Shown here: positions 47,669-56,125 of the stretch, piece after piece | How the letters are laid out: each line of letters opens with the position of its first letter | Position numbering within the stretch: the first letter of the stretch is position 1 | From: Candidatus Magasanikiibacteriota bacterium | GTDB taxonomy: Bacteria; Patescibacteriota; Patescibacteriia; Magasanikbacterales; JACTTX01 | DNA: 56,125 bases | Assembly (NCBI GenBank): GCA_015661005.1 | Contig: JACTTX010000009.1 | Location: 1-56,125 of the forward strand | Reading direction: 5' to 3' | Position numbers and translations under genes: made by a program | Notes under the pieces: model-generated | Databases searched by the model: none | What the model was told of the DNA's origin: nothing | The model's input: the letters and a program-made list of their open reading frames with translations, nothing else

Positions 47669-48952
47669 TTATTTCAATAAATCATCAAGTTCGCACGAAA
47701 GCAGAGCCGATTTGTTGAGCACGATCTGCTCTTTCTGATTGAGATTATCGGCCGTCATCCGGATGACTTTGGTAGTAATAGTGTCGCCAAGCATGACGCC
47801 ATTCGTCTTTTTGAAATACTTTTCGGTTTTCCGATAAAAGAGAGTCGCGTACTGCTTGAGCTTTTTTTCCGGAGTCGGACGGCTACTCGCACCGTTTCTT
47901 CCGAACTCTATTTTATCTTCCAGTTTTTTGTCCGCTTCAATCGGCAAATCACCATCACGAAAATCCATCCAGTAGTCGCTGATGTTATAAATGATCCTGA
48001 CTGATCCGCCATCTTCTGTTTTGTACCAATACACGAATAAAAAAGTACCCGTTCGGAACTCCTGATGTATTGCAATACTTTCCAGCTCCTTTATGGTACG
48101 AATCTTGTATTCATCCAGAAGCCGGAGATAACTCTCCCGCCAGTTCTTCAGCCAGTTTCGAATATAGTTTTTGTCCACGAACAACCGCTCGAGATCCTGC
48201 TCGAGATTTTTGTCGCTTACTTTATTGACTTGGATCGTGAGCTTATCAAAAAGCGCGCGAGGGTCTTTTACATTGACGTTTTTGGCAATGAGATAATCGA
48301 AATCAGGAACCACTTTTTTGCCCATATACCAGAGCAGGTCGTAAATATCACGGCCTTTTTCTTCATAGATCGCATTGCCGATGCCACGAGTCCCTCGCAA
48401 AAAGATAGCGGCAATCTTACTCGCCATGAGCGCGGACATATTGTAGGTGATGATAACGAACGATAACTGATCACGGTTTAACGGCCGACGTTCAGTAACG
48501 GTTTTTGGCGCGATAAAGTGGTTGAGATCAATTTTTATGTGTATCTGCTTGGAAGAATGGCCGAAACTAAGTTCTTCGCCGACGGTGAATTTCAGAAGCA
48601 ATCCGCGGCCCTTAGTGGTTTTAATTGCCAAAAAATCGGCATTAGTACCGTAGGTACTCGCAAAATGCTCATCAACTTCTTTTTTCAGCTCTTCAAGAAA
48701 CTTTTCGGTCACCGCGTGGGATACTTCGAAATCGAGGTCAACTGACATACGATCCAATCCGTGAATGAGGCGTAGAGCCGACCCGCCGTACATGATCCAG
48801 TTGTTATATTCCGGATGGTGATAGATGAAATTCAGAACGTAATACTGCAGCTCCTCTTTGAGCGCATTGCGACGGGTTTCGGCATCAAGCCCGCCATAGG
48901 CGGCGAGGTCTTCAAGCTTTCTTTTTAAGATTGAGGTTAGGCGTTCACTCAT
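47669..48952 (-). CDS. AbiEii-family nucleotidyltransferase toxin (type IV TA) with C-terminal extension
   Basis: YGGSALRL.HGLDR.SVDLDF, KIAA, KGRDIYDL. Confidence 0.9.
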   Translation of the reverse strand: MSERLTSILKRKLEDLAAYGGLDAETRRNALKEELQYYVLNFIYHHPEYNNWIMYGGSALRLIHGLDRMSVDLDFEVSHAVTEKFLEELKKEVDEHFASTYGTNADFLAIKTTKGRGLLLKFTVGEELSFGHSSKQIHIKIDLNHFIAPKTVTERRPLNRDQLSFVIITYNMSALMASKIAAIFLRGTRGIGNAIYEEKGRDIYDLLWYMGKKVVPDFDYLIAKNVNVKDPRALFDKLTIQVNKVSDKNLEQDLERLFVDKNYIRNWLKNWRESYLRLLDEYKIRTIKELESIAIHQEFRTGTFLFVYWYKTEDGGSVRIIYNISDYWMDFRDGDLPIEADKKLEDKIEFGRNGASSRPTPEKKLKQYATLFYRKTEKYFKKTNGVMLGDTITTKVIRMTADNLNQKEQIVLNKSALLSCELDDLLK

Positions 48953-48974
48953 GGGAGTATTTCTTAATCATTGT

Positions 48975-49056
48975 ATATGCGAGCATATTACCGTCGTTCG
49001 CTCGGAAAAGAAAAATCAGCTTTACTGCTTTTTCTTTTCTCTCGCTTCACTAGGCA
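48975..49056. mobile_element. 82-bp hairpin insertion in the 3' end of the antitoxin gene
   Basis: GAAAAGAAAAA/TTTTTCTTTTC stem; removing it restores ..FYTMIKKYSHE* overlapping the toxin ATG. Confidence 0.6.
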
Positions 49057-49644
49057 ATAAAACTTTTCCTGCTCCGATGTATCCATTTCATCTATGTCGA
49101 TTCGCAATTCTTCGATGAGATCCTTAATATTCTCCGGTTTAACGCTACGGAACTGGCGCGTCCTGAAATACAGCAAATCGAACAATGCTTTTGAGGGTGA
49201 GGCGATATAAAAATCGAACTTCCCTTTCGTAAGATAAAAATCCGAAAACAAATCCTTCTTGATCGACTGGTATGAGAAATTGCCGGCCTTGGTTTCAAAA
49301 TCTCTCGTGACTTTGAGCGAAACCGAGGTGATGGAATGGACCGCTTCCGTAGCGAGATTGTAATACTGGAGAGCCGCCCATGAGCTCACATAGGAAGGTG
49401 TGCGTATGACGTTGGCAAGATAGAACGAATATGAAATATCGTTCTTATTTTTTCCGAAAAAATCGGTGGACACGTATAAACCCTTATTGAGCCAAATAAT
49501 TTCTTTGTACTTCAGAAACCGGCTGATGTAAGTGTCAACCGTGCTATCTTTAAGCCCCAGCTGTTTACCAAGCTGATAAACGGTATTTTTGCCGAAGTGG
49601 GGCAAGGATTTTAGCTGTTCTAAAAGGTTTTTTCTGCTTTTCAT
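48988..49644 (-). CDS. AbiEi-family antitoxin / transcriptional regulator
   Basis: wHTH with KGLY, PSYVS..ALQYY.L, ASPSKALFD; upstream of AbiEii; start at MKSRK. Confidence 0.85.
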   Translation of the reverse strand: MKSRKNLLEQLKSLPHFGKNTVYQLGKQLGLKDSTVDTYISRFLKYKEIIWLNKGLYVSTDFFGKNKNDISYSFYLANVIRTPSYVSSWAALQYYNLATEAVHSITSVSLKVTRDFETKAGNFSYQSIKKDLFSDFYLTKGKFDFYIASPSKALFDLLYFRTRQFRSVKPENIKDLIEELRIDIDEMDTSEQEKFYCLVKREKRKSSKADFSFPSERR

Positions 49645-49757
49645 GATTATGACAATAGTGTACCATACACGAAATGTAATGTAAAGCTGGCTATCCACTT
49701 CCTTGCCGGACCGCAAAATGTCATATTTTGTCCAGTTGAATCACTGTCACTTTGCGA

Positions 49758-49788
49758 TTTAGAAGTGGCGCCTTTGAGAGTGACACCT
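49758..49788. repeat. 31-bp unit identical to 35102-35132
   Basis: TTTAGAAGTGGCGCCTTTGAGAGTGACACCT. Confidence 0.9.
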
Positions 49789-49792
49789 ATTC

Positions 49793-52096
49793 CTATTTGG
49801 CTGACGGGAGGGCTGGCGGCGGACCGCTCAATAATCCCTGAAGCTTTTTCAGAATGTCTTTGTTGGCGGGATCAAGTTCCTGCACCGCTTTGTAGAACTG
49901 CACGGCTTCAGTTTTTTTGCCAACGCGTTCCGCCAAGACACCAAGGGCATACAAAGCGTCAGCATAACGCGGCTCAATCTGTAGCGCGGTCCGAAACGCC
50001 AACTCCGCGGCCGCCAGATCATTTCCTTTGCCACGATTAAAGTACAAGCGCCCGATCTGGAAAAGATATTCCGGACTGCGCATGGCGTATTGGATTCCCC
50101 GTTCCATCGCCACGAGCGCGCCGGGCAAATCTCCATTAGCTTCGTTCAAAATCGCCAAGGACTGATAAGCAATCAGAAAATCCGGCTTCAAAGTAATGGC
50201 CGATTCAAAGCCGGCTTTAGCGTCCTCCAAACGCCGCACCGAGAAATACAACCGTCCAATGTTCAACTGCAAAGTGGGATTGGTTGGCTCTAACTCCGCC
50301 GCCCTCTGAAACGCTTTCAAAGCAAAGTCCGTGGTGTTGGCGAGTCCGCTGGCGTTTACATAATTGTTCGCCAAGAGCTCCCAAGTGTTCACGTTCTGCG
50401 GGGAAATCTCGGTGGCTCTTTGCGCCTGATTGACCGCCGCGCCCACATAGGACGCTATCGTCTGGGCATCCGCACCCGGCTTCTCGGAGACGAATCGCGC
50501 TTTAAGAAGGTAGGCATCTGACAATAACAAATGATAATCAATGCGCGTTTCATTCAAAGTGATGGCACGCTGAAGCATGGCAATGCGCTCATCAACGCTG
50601 GCCGGACCGGCGCTTATTCTCTGCGCTTTGGCATAGACCACTTCCGCGCCATAAAATCTGCCCAGATACACACCCAAAACAATCGCGGCCGTAAAAACCA
50701 GAATCACGGCGAAAGAGGAGGCCAAGACATACTGCGGCGAGGTTTTCAAAGAATAAATTTTTTCCGAGATCACCTGCACATAGCCGCGCGAGGAAACCAA
50801 AAAGATCGCCAAGAAGATCCAAAAAGTCAGGAAGAGGACAGATCCGAGGTTCATCAAAAACATCGCGATCAAAACCAAAAGCCAAACCGGCGCCACGCCA
50901 AAGGGCAAGAGGTAGGCCAGATAAATTTTGTCGCCGAGCTCTTCACGAACAGCGTGCATTTGCCTGGAATGCCGACGCATCCAGGCCGCAAAAATAATTC
51001 CGAGACCCATCAAGACGACAAAGAAGAAGGACAAGATCCCCAAAATTCCCCATTCGGCCATAACCGCAAAGAAGAGCGAGTACGGCTCACGGAAGCGCAA
51101 AGACCAGGCCAGTGCGTTCATGTTGAAGGACTGCGGACGGAATTGCGAGAAGTCGTAAAGGAAAGTGGATGGGCCAGAGCCAAAGAAAAAGTGACGGGCG
51201 TTTTGTGAAAACGCGCCCCAAGCAATGTCCCAAGAGGTCTGCGAGGAGAGAGAGATCTCAATTGGCAGGCGAGTTTTCAAGATATCCGGTTCGCCCAAGA
51301 AAATAAACAGAACGGAGACGACAAAAAGCGCAAAAACCAGAGAGATGACCGGAATACGGCTGGCCTCCATCTGCGACATGGCAACAACCAGAACAAAAAA
51401 CAAACCAATGGCTGTCAAAATCCAGACCAACGGGAAACCAGTGAGAACGAGCGTGGCCGCGGAAGCCAACAAAGCCAGAACGCCGATGACATCAACCAGC
51501 ACGGCCGTTTTTTTGACGAGCAGAATACTCAAGGAAAGGAGAAAAACGCTGGCCACAAAAACGGCAAAAATCGTGTGCGAGGAACTGACGGTATTCAACC
51601 CCGGTAAATTCAAAAAATTAAATGACACGAGATCCAAGGCCTTGAGCAGGAAAAAAATGCTGGCCGCTAAACCGGAAAGTAGAAAAGTTACCACCAAAGT
51701 CATCGCGCCTTTGAGCGACTCAAACGTCTGCACAACCAAAAAATAGAAAAGGAACAAGAAGGCAAACGTCAGAAAGCCGCGGTCCAGATAAGCAAAGTCG
51801 CCAAAGAAACTCAAACGGCGATCAACGGACAAGACGCTGGATAGAAGTAATGCGCCCAGCAACACCAGTATTGGGATATCAAGAAGAGTGCGGCGAATGG
51901 TGAACTGGCGCATGAAAATCCCTCGCACCAGCCATAGCAAAAAGGCAATGAGCGTCAGTCCGTACAAAAGAAATTGTTTGTTAAACTCGTAGACTTCCGA
52001 GGTGAACGGAAGGACGAAAAGCGGCATCAAAAAAACGGCCGCGAGTAGCACGACTTTGGTAGCCGTGTTAAGAGTGCGCGATGAATGAAAGGACAT
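49793..52096 (-). CDS. O-antigen-ligase-like multi-TM protein with C-terminal TPR repeats
   Basis: About 12 TM segments, FGSGPSTF loop, EWGILG, then repeated TPR-like helices. Confidence 0.8.
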   Translation of the reverse strand: MSFHSSRTLNTATKVVLLAAVFLMPLFVLPFTSEVYEFNKQFLLYGLTLIAFLLWLVRGIFMRQFTIRRTLLDIPILVLLGALLLSSVLSVDRRLSFFGDFAYLDRGFLTFAFLFLFYFLVVQTFESLKGAMTLVVTFLLSGLAASIFFLLKALDLVSFNFLNLPGLNTVSSSHTIFAVFVASVFLLSLSILLVKKTAVLVDVIGVLALLASAATLVLTGFPLVWILTAIGLFFVLVVAMSQMEASRIPVISLVFALFVVSVLFIFLGEPDILKTRLPIEISLSSQTSWDIAWGAFSQNARHFFFGSGPSTFLYDFSQFRPQSFNMNALAWSLRFREPYSLFFAVMAEWGILGILSFFFVVLMGLGIIFAAWMRRHSRQMHAVREELGDKIYLAYLLPFGVAPVWLLVLIAMFLMNLGSVLFLTFWIFLAIFLVSSRGYVQVISEKIYSLKTSPQYVLASSFAVILVFTAAIVLGVYLGRFYGAEVVYAKAQRISAGPASVDERIAMLQRAITLNETRIDYHLLLSDAYLLKARFVSEKPGADAQTIASYVGAAVNQAQRATEISPQNVNTWELLANNYVNASGLANTTDFALKAFQRAAELEPTNPTLQLNIGRLYFSVRRLEDAKAGFESAITLKPDFLIAYQSLAILNEANGDLPGALVAMERGIQYAMRSPEYLFQIGRLYFNRGKGNDLAAAELAFRTALQIEPRYADALYALGVLAERVGKKTEAVQFYKAVQELDPANKDILKKLQGLLSGPPPALPSAK

Positions 52097-52122
52097 AGGA
52101 TTAAGAATATTGAATTGGAAAT

Positions 52123-55100
52123 TTATAATGTAGAAATGGGAGTTGAAGACGCAGTATCAGCCGGTGGACTTTCAGAAATGTCGGCAATCGGTGTTGAAGA
52201 AGTCGTATCAGCCGGTGCTGGTAGTGACGCACTTACGGGGGTAGATGAGGCCGTCGTGTCGGTTGCCACGGTAGATGTTGCTGTAGTATCGGTTACCGTT
52301 GCTTCAACCGGCGCGGCCAAGAGCGTGGAAGTTGGTGTCAGCGGTATCTCCGGCAGAATCACATCCACCAGCCAGTAGTCAAAAACCGCATCCACATCCG
52401 GCACTTTACTCACCGAAAGTTCAAAGTAACCGCTTCCCTGTTTGGAAATCCAGTAAGTGCCACCGGGATTGTTCCGGAAAGTCACAAAGACGCGAGTATT
52501 GTCCGTGACCAACTCATTTTGCACGGTCACGTCTCCGCTTCCGGCGGTTAGAGTGGCATTGCCAATCGTGGACTTGGTTTTATCCGCATCCTGTTTGACC
52601 GAAAGCTTCTTAGTCATGACGTCATCAGTCACAACTTCCGCGCTCACAATCCGGCCGTCATCCGATATTGACCACTTGCCCGAGGCGCTGGCAATGGCTT
52701 TGACGTTGATGATTGAACCATTCATCAAATCCTGACCGCTCGTGCTCGCAAGCGTGCCGCTTGCTGTTTCCGAGGTGTTCAAGATGCCGCTTGAAGAGGT
52801 TTTGATCTTGACGCCGGTTGCCTCTCCTAATGCTACCACATCTTGAGCCAAGGTCTCAAGAGTTGTGGCTCGTGAATTTACCCAGCCGGTCTTAATCAAG
52901 ACCACGATTTTACCCTCAACGGTTTTCAAATCTTCAACGGCGACGCCAAGGACGCCAACCATATTACTATCGTCTTTCTTGTCGTCGTATTTCATGGCAT
53001 AGCCGTTTTTAGAGGAAGTAACCAAGATGTCTCCGGCTTTAATTGGACCGTTTTCGTCAGTTACTTTCACTTTGACAAATCCGGCAAGCGCGAGCGGTAC
53101 GCGGGAGCCGGTGGTATTGGAACCAATGATAAATCGGCCGGTATCAGTCACCACGCCGGCAACTTCGGCCATATGTTTCTTGTCCGAACGGCGATAGCTG
53201 TTTGGCTCTTTCAAATCAGCAACCAGAACATCACCAACTTCAGCCGTTTCATTTTTTGCCATTTCAACATATTCGGCCACGTCCCCCAAGCCAGAACCCG
53301 TGGCGTTAGCAATGAAGGAATTATTGGCGTAGACATTGCCGCCCGCGGAAATGGAAACCTCGGGCGTACCGGCATTTCTGAAAGAAACGAGCATCCGATC
53401 CGTGCCCGAGGTGAAGGAATTCACGGTATCAAAAACATAGGCCTGCGCGCCGGCGGCGTTGAAAGCGTTGTTGCGGAAAAGAACACGATCTGTGGAAGTG
53501 GCGACAATTATTAATCGCGCCGTTCCTAAACTGCTTAAACGCAAAATTTCATCATTTTCCGTGCCGTTTTGCGCCGTGTCAATCGTGAAACGAGTGTCAA
53601 TCTGTCCGACCGTATCCGAAGCATTGCCGGTAAAAGTCCCGTTATTCCAAGTAATGCCGTTTATAACCGTACCAACGCGAATTGTGCCGGAGGCAAACAG
53701 ATCGCGCCAAGCGCGCGAACCCTCACCGAAGTCCAGCTGGTTGTTGGAAACGGGTATGAGCGAAGTGCTGATGCGCGAACTGAAATTAGTGATGTCTGTT
53801 GAAGTAACTTGTCCAAGCGAGGTGTTGCCGGAGAAAAATCCCGCCCAGTTGGTGGCCGCGCCAGTGGAGGAGGCGTAGATACCATAGTTGGTAATGCCTG
53901 TGCCGGATGTGCTTGAAGCTGAAAACCAGCCGCCATAGAGATAGTCAATCTTGCCGACAGGGGCATTAGTATAGTTGGCGCGAGCGCGGATGCCGTAAGT
54001 GGAAGTTGAGTGGGCAGCAGCATTCGTGCCAAAATTGGCCAAAATATCCGCTCCAAATACCTCCGTGATCGTACCAGGCGCGGTGCCCTGATTATTCTGC
54101 ACAAGGGCATTAATGCCTTTAATAAACCCAAGCGCTGATGCGCTTCCGTTAACTGTGGTGCTAATCTCAATTGTTGATGTTGAACCAGAGCTTGCCGTAT
54201 AAGATGGATCACCGACGTTCAAATGCTTCCAGCGCAGATTAGGATATCCGAGCGAGTTATCGCCATCAGTACTTGGAATGAAACTGCTATTCACCCGAGA
54301 CGTAACGGTAAAGGTATCAGTGACAGCGTCGCCAATGGTAAACGAATTGCCGTCAAAACTATTAGTGCCGGTGCCGGTCTGATTAATCCCATCAGGGATA
54401 TTCACCAGAGCGGTATTACTCGTCAAAGTTAAATTGGTTGAAATGGCAATAGTACTGCCATCGCTAAACAAAAGCCCGCCGGTATTCAATTTTATTGCCC
54501 CAGTGCCTCCGGTTAAATCAAGCTGGCCGCGAGCCGAACCTGATCCCGTTGTAATTCGCATATATACCACACCATTACCGTCAATTACCTGTAAATAATC
54601 ACCGCCCGCACTGGTGGCTGTTGGCTGGCCAAGCACTAACCCAACATTATTCTGCTGATAGATAGTCATTTTTGCATAAGGTGTGGAAGTATTCACTGGC
54701 CCAACCATCAGGGCGGCCATTGTGGAGGTAACGCTGGAATAAATTGATGAAGAACTATAGAGATTGCCGCTCGGATCAACAATCATCTGTTTAACACCAC
54801 CGCCGGTGTACCACTCGGTCAAATTTGCCGTTTGCGTGGCGCTGTTTCCTTTTAGCACCAGAACACGATCAGTATCCGCGCCGGCTTGCACTGAAAGTTT
54901 GCCAAACGGCGTGCTTGATCCAACACCGACAAAATCAGCGCCGGTAATCAAGCTCACGTTGCTTCCGGATTTTGTCCAGCCCGTGGAATTGCCGCAACCA
55001 GTGCAAGCGCCGGTAAAGGTGATATTGCCGCCAATGAAAACATCGCCGTTCACGCCAAGTTTGGCCGAAGCGCCCGGGCTGGATGTGGCAATGCCAAAAT

Positions 55101-56125
55101 TTTCCGAGGAGTTGATGGTGACAACCGGAGTGGCATTGGCATCTTCCTGAATGCGTAACAGGTCAGCGCTGGCCAAGGCGCTACTTGAGCGAATTATAAT
55201 AGCCGCGTTGCCAGCTCCGTCAGTTACCGGTGAACCGGTGATGGTGCCGGTGGCGGCGCCGGCAAAAGTTAAAGTGGCGCCGGAAATGGTTGTTGTTGAT
55301 TGATTATTACTTGTTATTAAGAATTGCGAATAAACATTATTCCAATAATTTGTCCCGCTCTTGCCTAAATCTAAAATACCATTAGATGTTGGGATTAACG
55401 AATCACCCAAATAGGATTTGACGTAAGTAACGTCCGTGGTGGTGGCATCGCCAAGATAAGTGTCAGCGTAGTGACGCACTTCACCACCAGCTTGAAACGT
55501 TGATGAGGCGCGTAATCCGCCGCCGGCAATGACCGTCATTTGCAGTACGCCCGAGGCGTCATACCATTCGGAAAGATTGGCGGATTGTGATGAGGTGGCG
55601 GAGACCACGAGTCCAACGTTGCTGGCGGTTTCCGAATTGATGGAAAGTTTTCCGTAAGGCGTGCTGGTCCCGACCCCGACTTTGTCAGTGATGGTGGTTA
55701 GCGTAACGGTCGTGCCATTGTCCGTAAATCCAGCGCCACCACCACAACCGGTACAGGTGCCGGTCACGGTAAAGTTTCCGCCAACAAAGACATCTCCGTT
55801 CACACCAAATTTGGCGGAAGCGCCGGGTGTGGAAGTAGCGATGCCAAAATTTTCCGCTGCATTGATGGTCACAACCGGAATGGCGCTGGAATCTTCCTGA
55901 ATACGCAAAAGATCGGCCGTGGCCAGTGTGCCGTTGCTTCGCAAAATGATGGCGGCATTTCCGGTAGCGTCGGATCCGGCGCTACCGATGATGGTGGTGG
56001 TAGCCGTGCTGCTCACGGTAAGTTCTCCGGTATAGGCAATGGCGGTATTGCTGATTGTGGAGGAGGTGCCGACACGAATTGTGCCAGAGGTATAGATGTT
56101 CTGCCAAGCGCGGCCGAACTCACCA
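52123..56125 (-). CDS. giant Ser/Thr/Gly-rich surface fibre protein (5' end outside the window) with a peptidase-G2/IMC-like autocleavage domain
   Basis: Frame open to the window edge (GEFGRAWQNIYTSGTIRVG); GIATSTP-type repeats; GDVAEY..GVV..VPLALAG.VKVKV..ENGPIKAGD.LV.SS..GYAMK. Confidence 0.85.
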   Translation of the reverse strand, partial: GEFGRAWQNIYTSGTIRVGTSSTISNTAIAYTGELTVSSTATTTIIGSAGSDATGNAAIILRSNGTLATADLLRIQEDSSAIPVVTINAAENFGIATSTPGASAKFGVNGDVFVGGNFTVTGTCTGCGGGAGFTDNGTTVTLTTITDKVGVGTSTPYGKLSINSETASNVGLVVSATSSQSANLSEWYDASGVLQMTVIAGGGLRASSTFQAGGEVRHYADTYLGDATTTDVTYVKSYLGDSLIPTSNGILDLGKSGTNYWNNVYSQFLITSNNQSTTTISGATLTFAGAATGTITGSPVTDGAGNAAIIIRSSSALASADLLRIQEDANATPVVTINSSENFGIATSSPGASAKLGVNGDVFIGGNITFTGACTGCGNSTGWTKSGSNVSLITGADFVGVGSSTPFGKLSVQAGADTDRVLVLKGNSATQTANLTEWYTGGGVKQMIVDPSGNLYSSSSIYSSVTSTMAALMVGPVNTSTPYAKMTIYQQNNVGLVLGQPTATSAGGDYLQVIDGNGVVYMRITTGSGSARGQLDLTGGTGAIKLNTGGLLFSDGSTIAISTNLTLTSNTALVNIPDGINQTGTGTNSFDGNSFTIGDAVTDTFTVTSRVNSSFIPSTDGDNSLGYPNLRWKHLNVGDPSYTASSGSTSTIEISTTVNGSASALGFIKGINALVQNNQGTAPGTITEVFGADILANFGTNAAAHSTSTYGIRARANYTNAPVGKIDYLYGGWFSASSTSGTGITNYGIYASSTGAATNWAGFFSGNTSLGQVTSTDITNFSSRISTSLIPVSNNQLDFGEGSRAWRDLFASGTIRVGTVINGITWNNGTFTGNASDTVGQIDTRFTIDTAQNGTENDEILRLSSLGTARLIIVATSTDRVLFRNNAFNAAGAQAYVFDTVNSFTSGTDRMLVSFRNAGTPEVSISAGGNVYANNSFIANATGSGLGDVAEYVEMAKNETAEVGDVLVADLKEPNSYRRSDKKHMAEVAGVVTDTGRFIIGSNTTGSRVPLALAGFVKVKVTDENGPIKAGDILVTSSKNGYAMKYDDKKDDSNMVGVLGVAVEDLKTVEGKIVVLIKTGWVNSRATTLETLAQDVVALGEATGVKIKTSSSGILNTSETASGTLASTSGQDLMNGSIINVKAIASASGKWSISDDGRIVSAEVVTDDVMTKKLSVKQDADKTKSTIGNATLTAGSGDVTVQNELVTDNTRVFVTFRNNPGGTYWISKQGSGYFELSVSKVPDVDAVFDYWLVDVILPEIPLTPTSTLLAAPVEATVTDTTATSTVATDTTASSTPVSASLPAPADTTSSTPIADISESPPADTASSTPISTL

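Overview
Chromosomal segment of a Patescibacteria (CPR)-type bacterium, probably an ABY1/Parcubacteria-like lineage. The assignment is inferred from gene style: RpoA without its C-terminal domain, short AlaS and L13, no Shine-Dalgarno sites, and many apparently leaderless genes. Most genes are on the minus strand: rpoD-dnaG; folC, a membrane protein and an SDR; a low-GC methyltransferase/endonuclease pair behind tRNA-Ser(GGA); lgt; a tandem LOG protein; gatCA; ligA; a pilM / REC-pilin / pilD cluster; dus; NRAMP; lexA; glycosyltransferases and a flippase; the infA-rpmJ-rpsM-rpsK-rpsD-rpoA-rplQ-rplM-rpsI cluster; a GtrA/GT2/GT-C trio; alaS; mnmA; an AbiEi/AbiEii pair; an O-antigen-ligase-TPR protein; and a giant surface protein running off the window end. 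One plus-strand block (20.7-28 kb) holds cysS, a VirB4/VirD4-like ATPase, dnaX, tRNA-Gln(CTG) and a HAD phosphatase. Three observations stand out. (1) A type IV prepilin whose leader is a complete response-regulator receiver domain sits next to the prepilin peptidase that would release it. (2) At least three families of short palindromic elements occur with no transposase in view; one nests inside itself in six intergenic gaps, and two sit in-frame inside CysS, DnaX and MnmA. (3) Several frame breaks or replacements in important genes (lgt, ligA, flippase) may be assembly artefacts. All calls come from reading the sequence; no searches were run.
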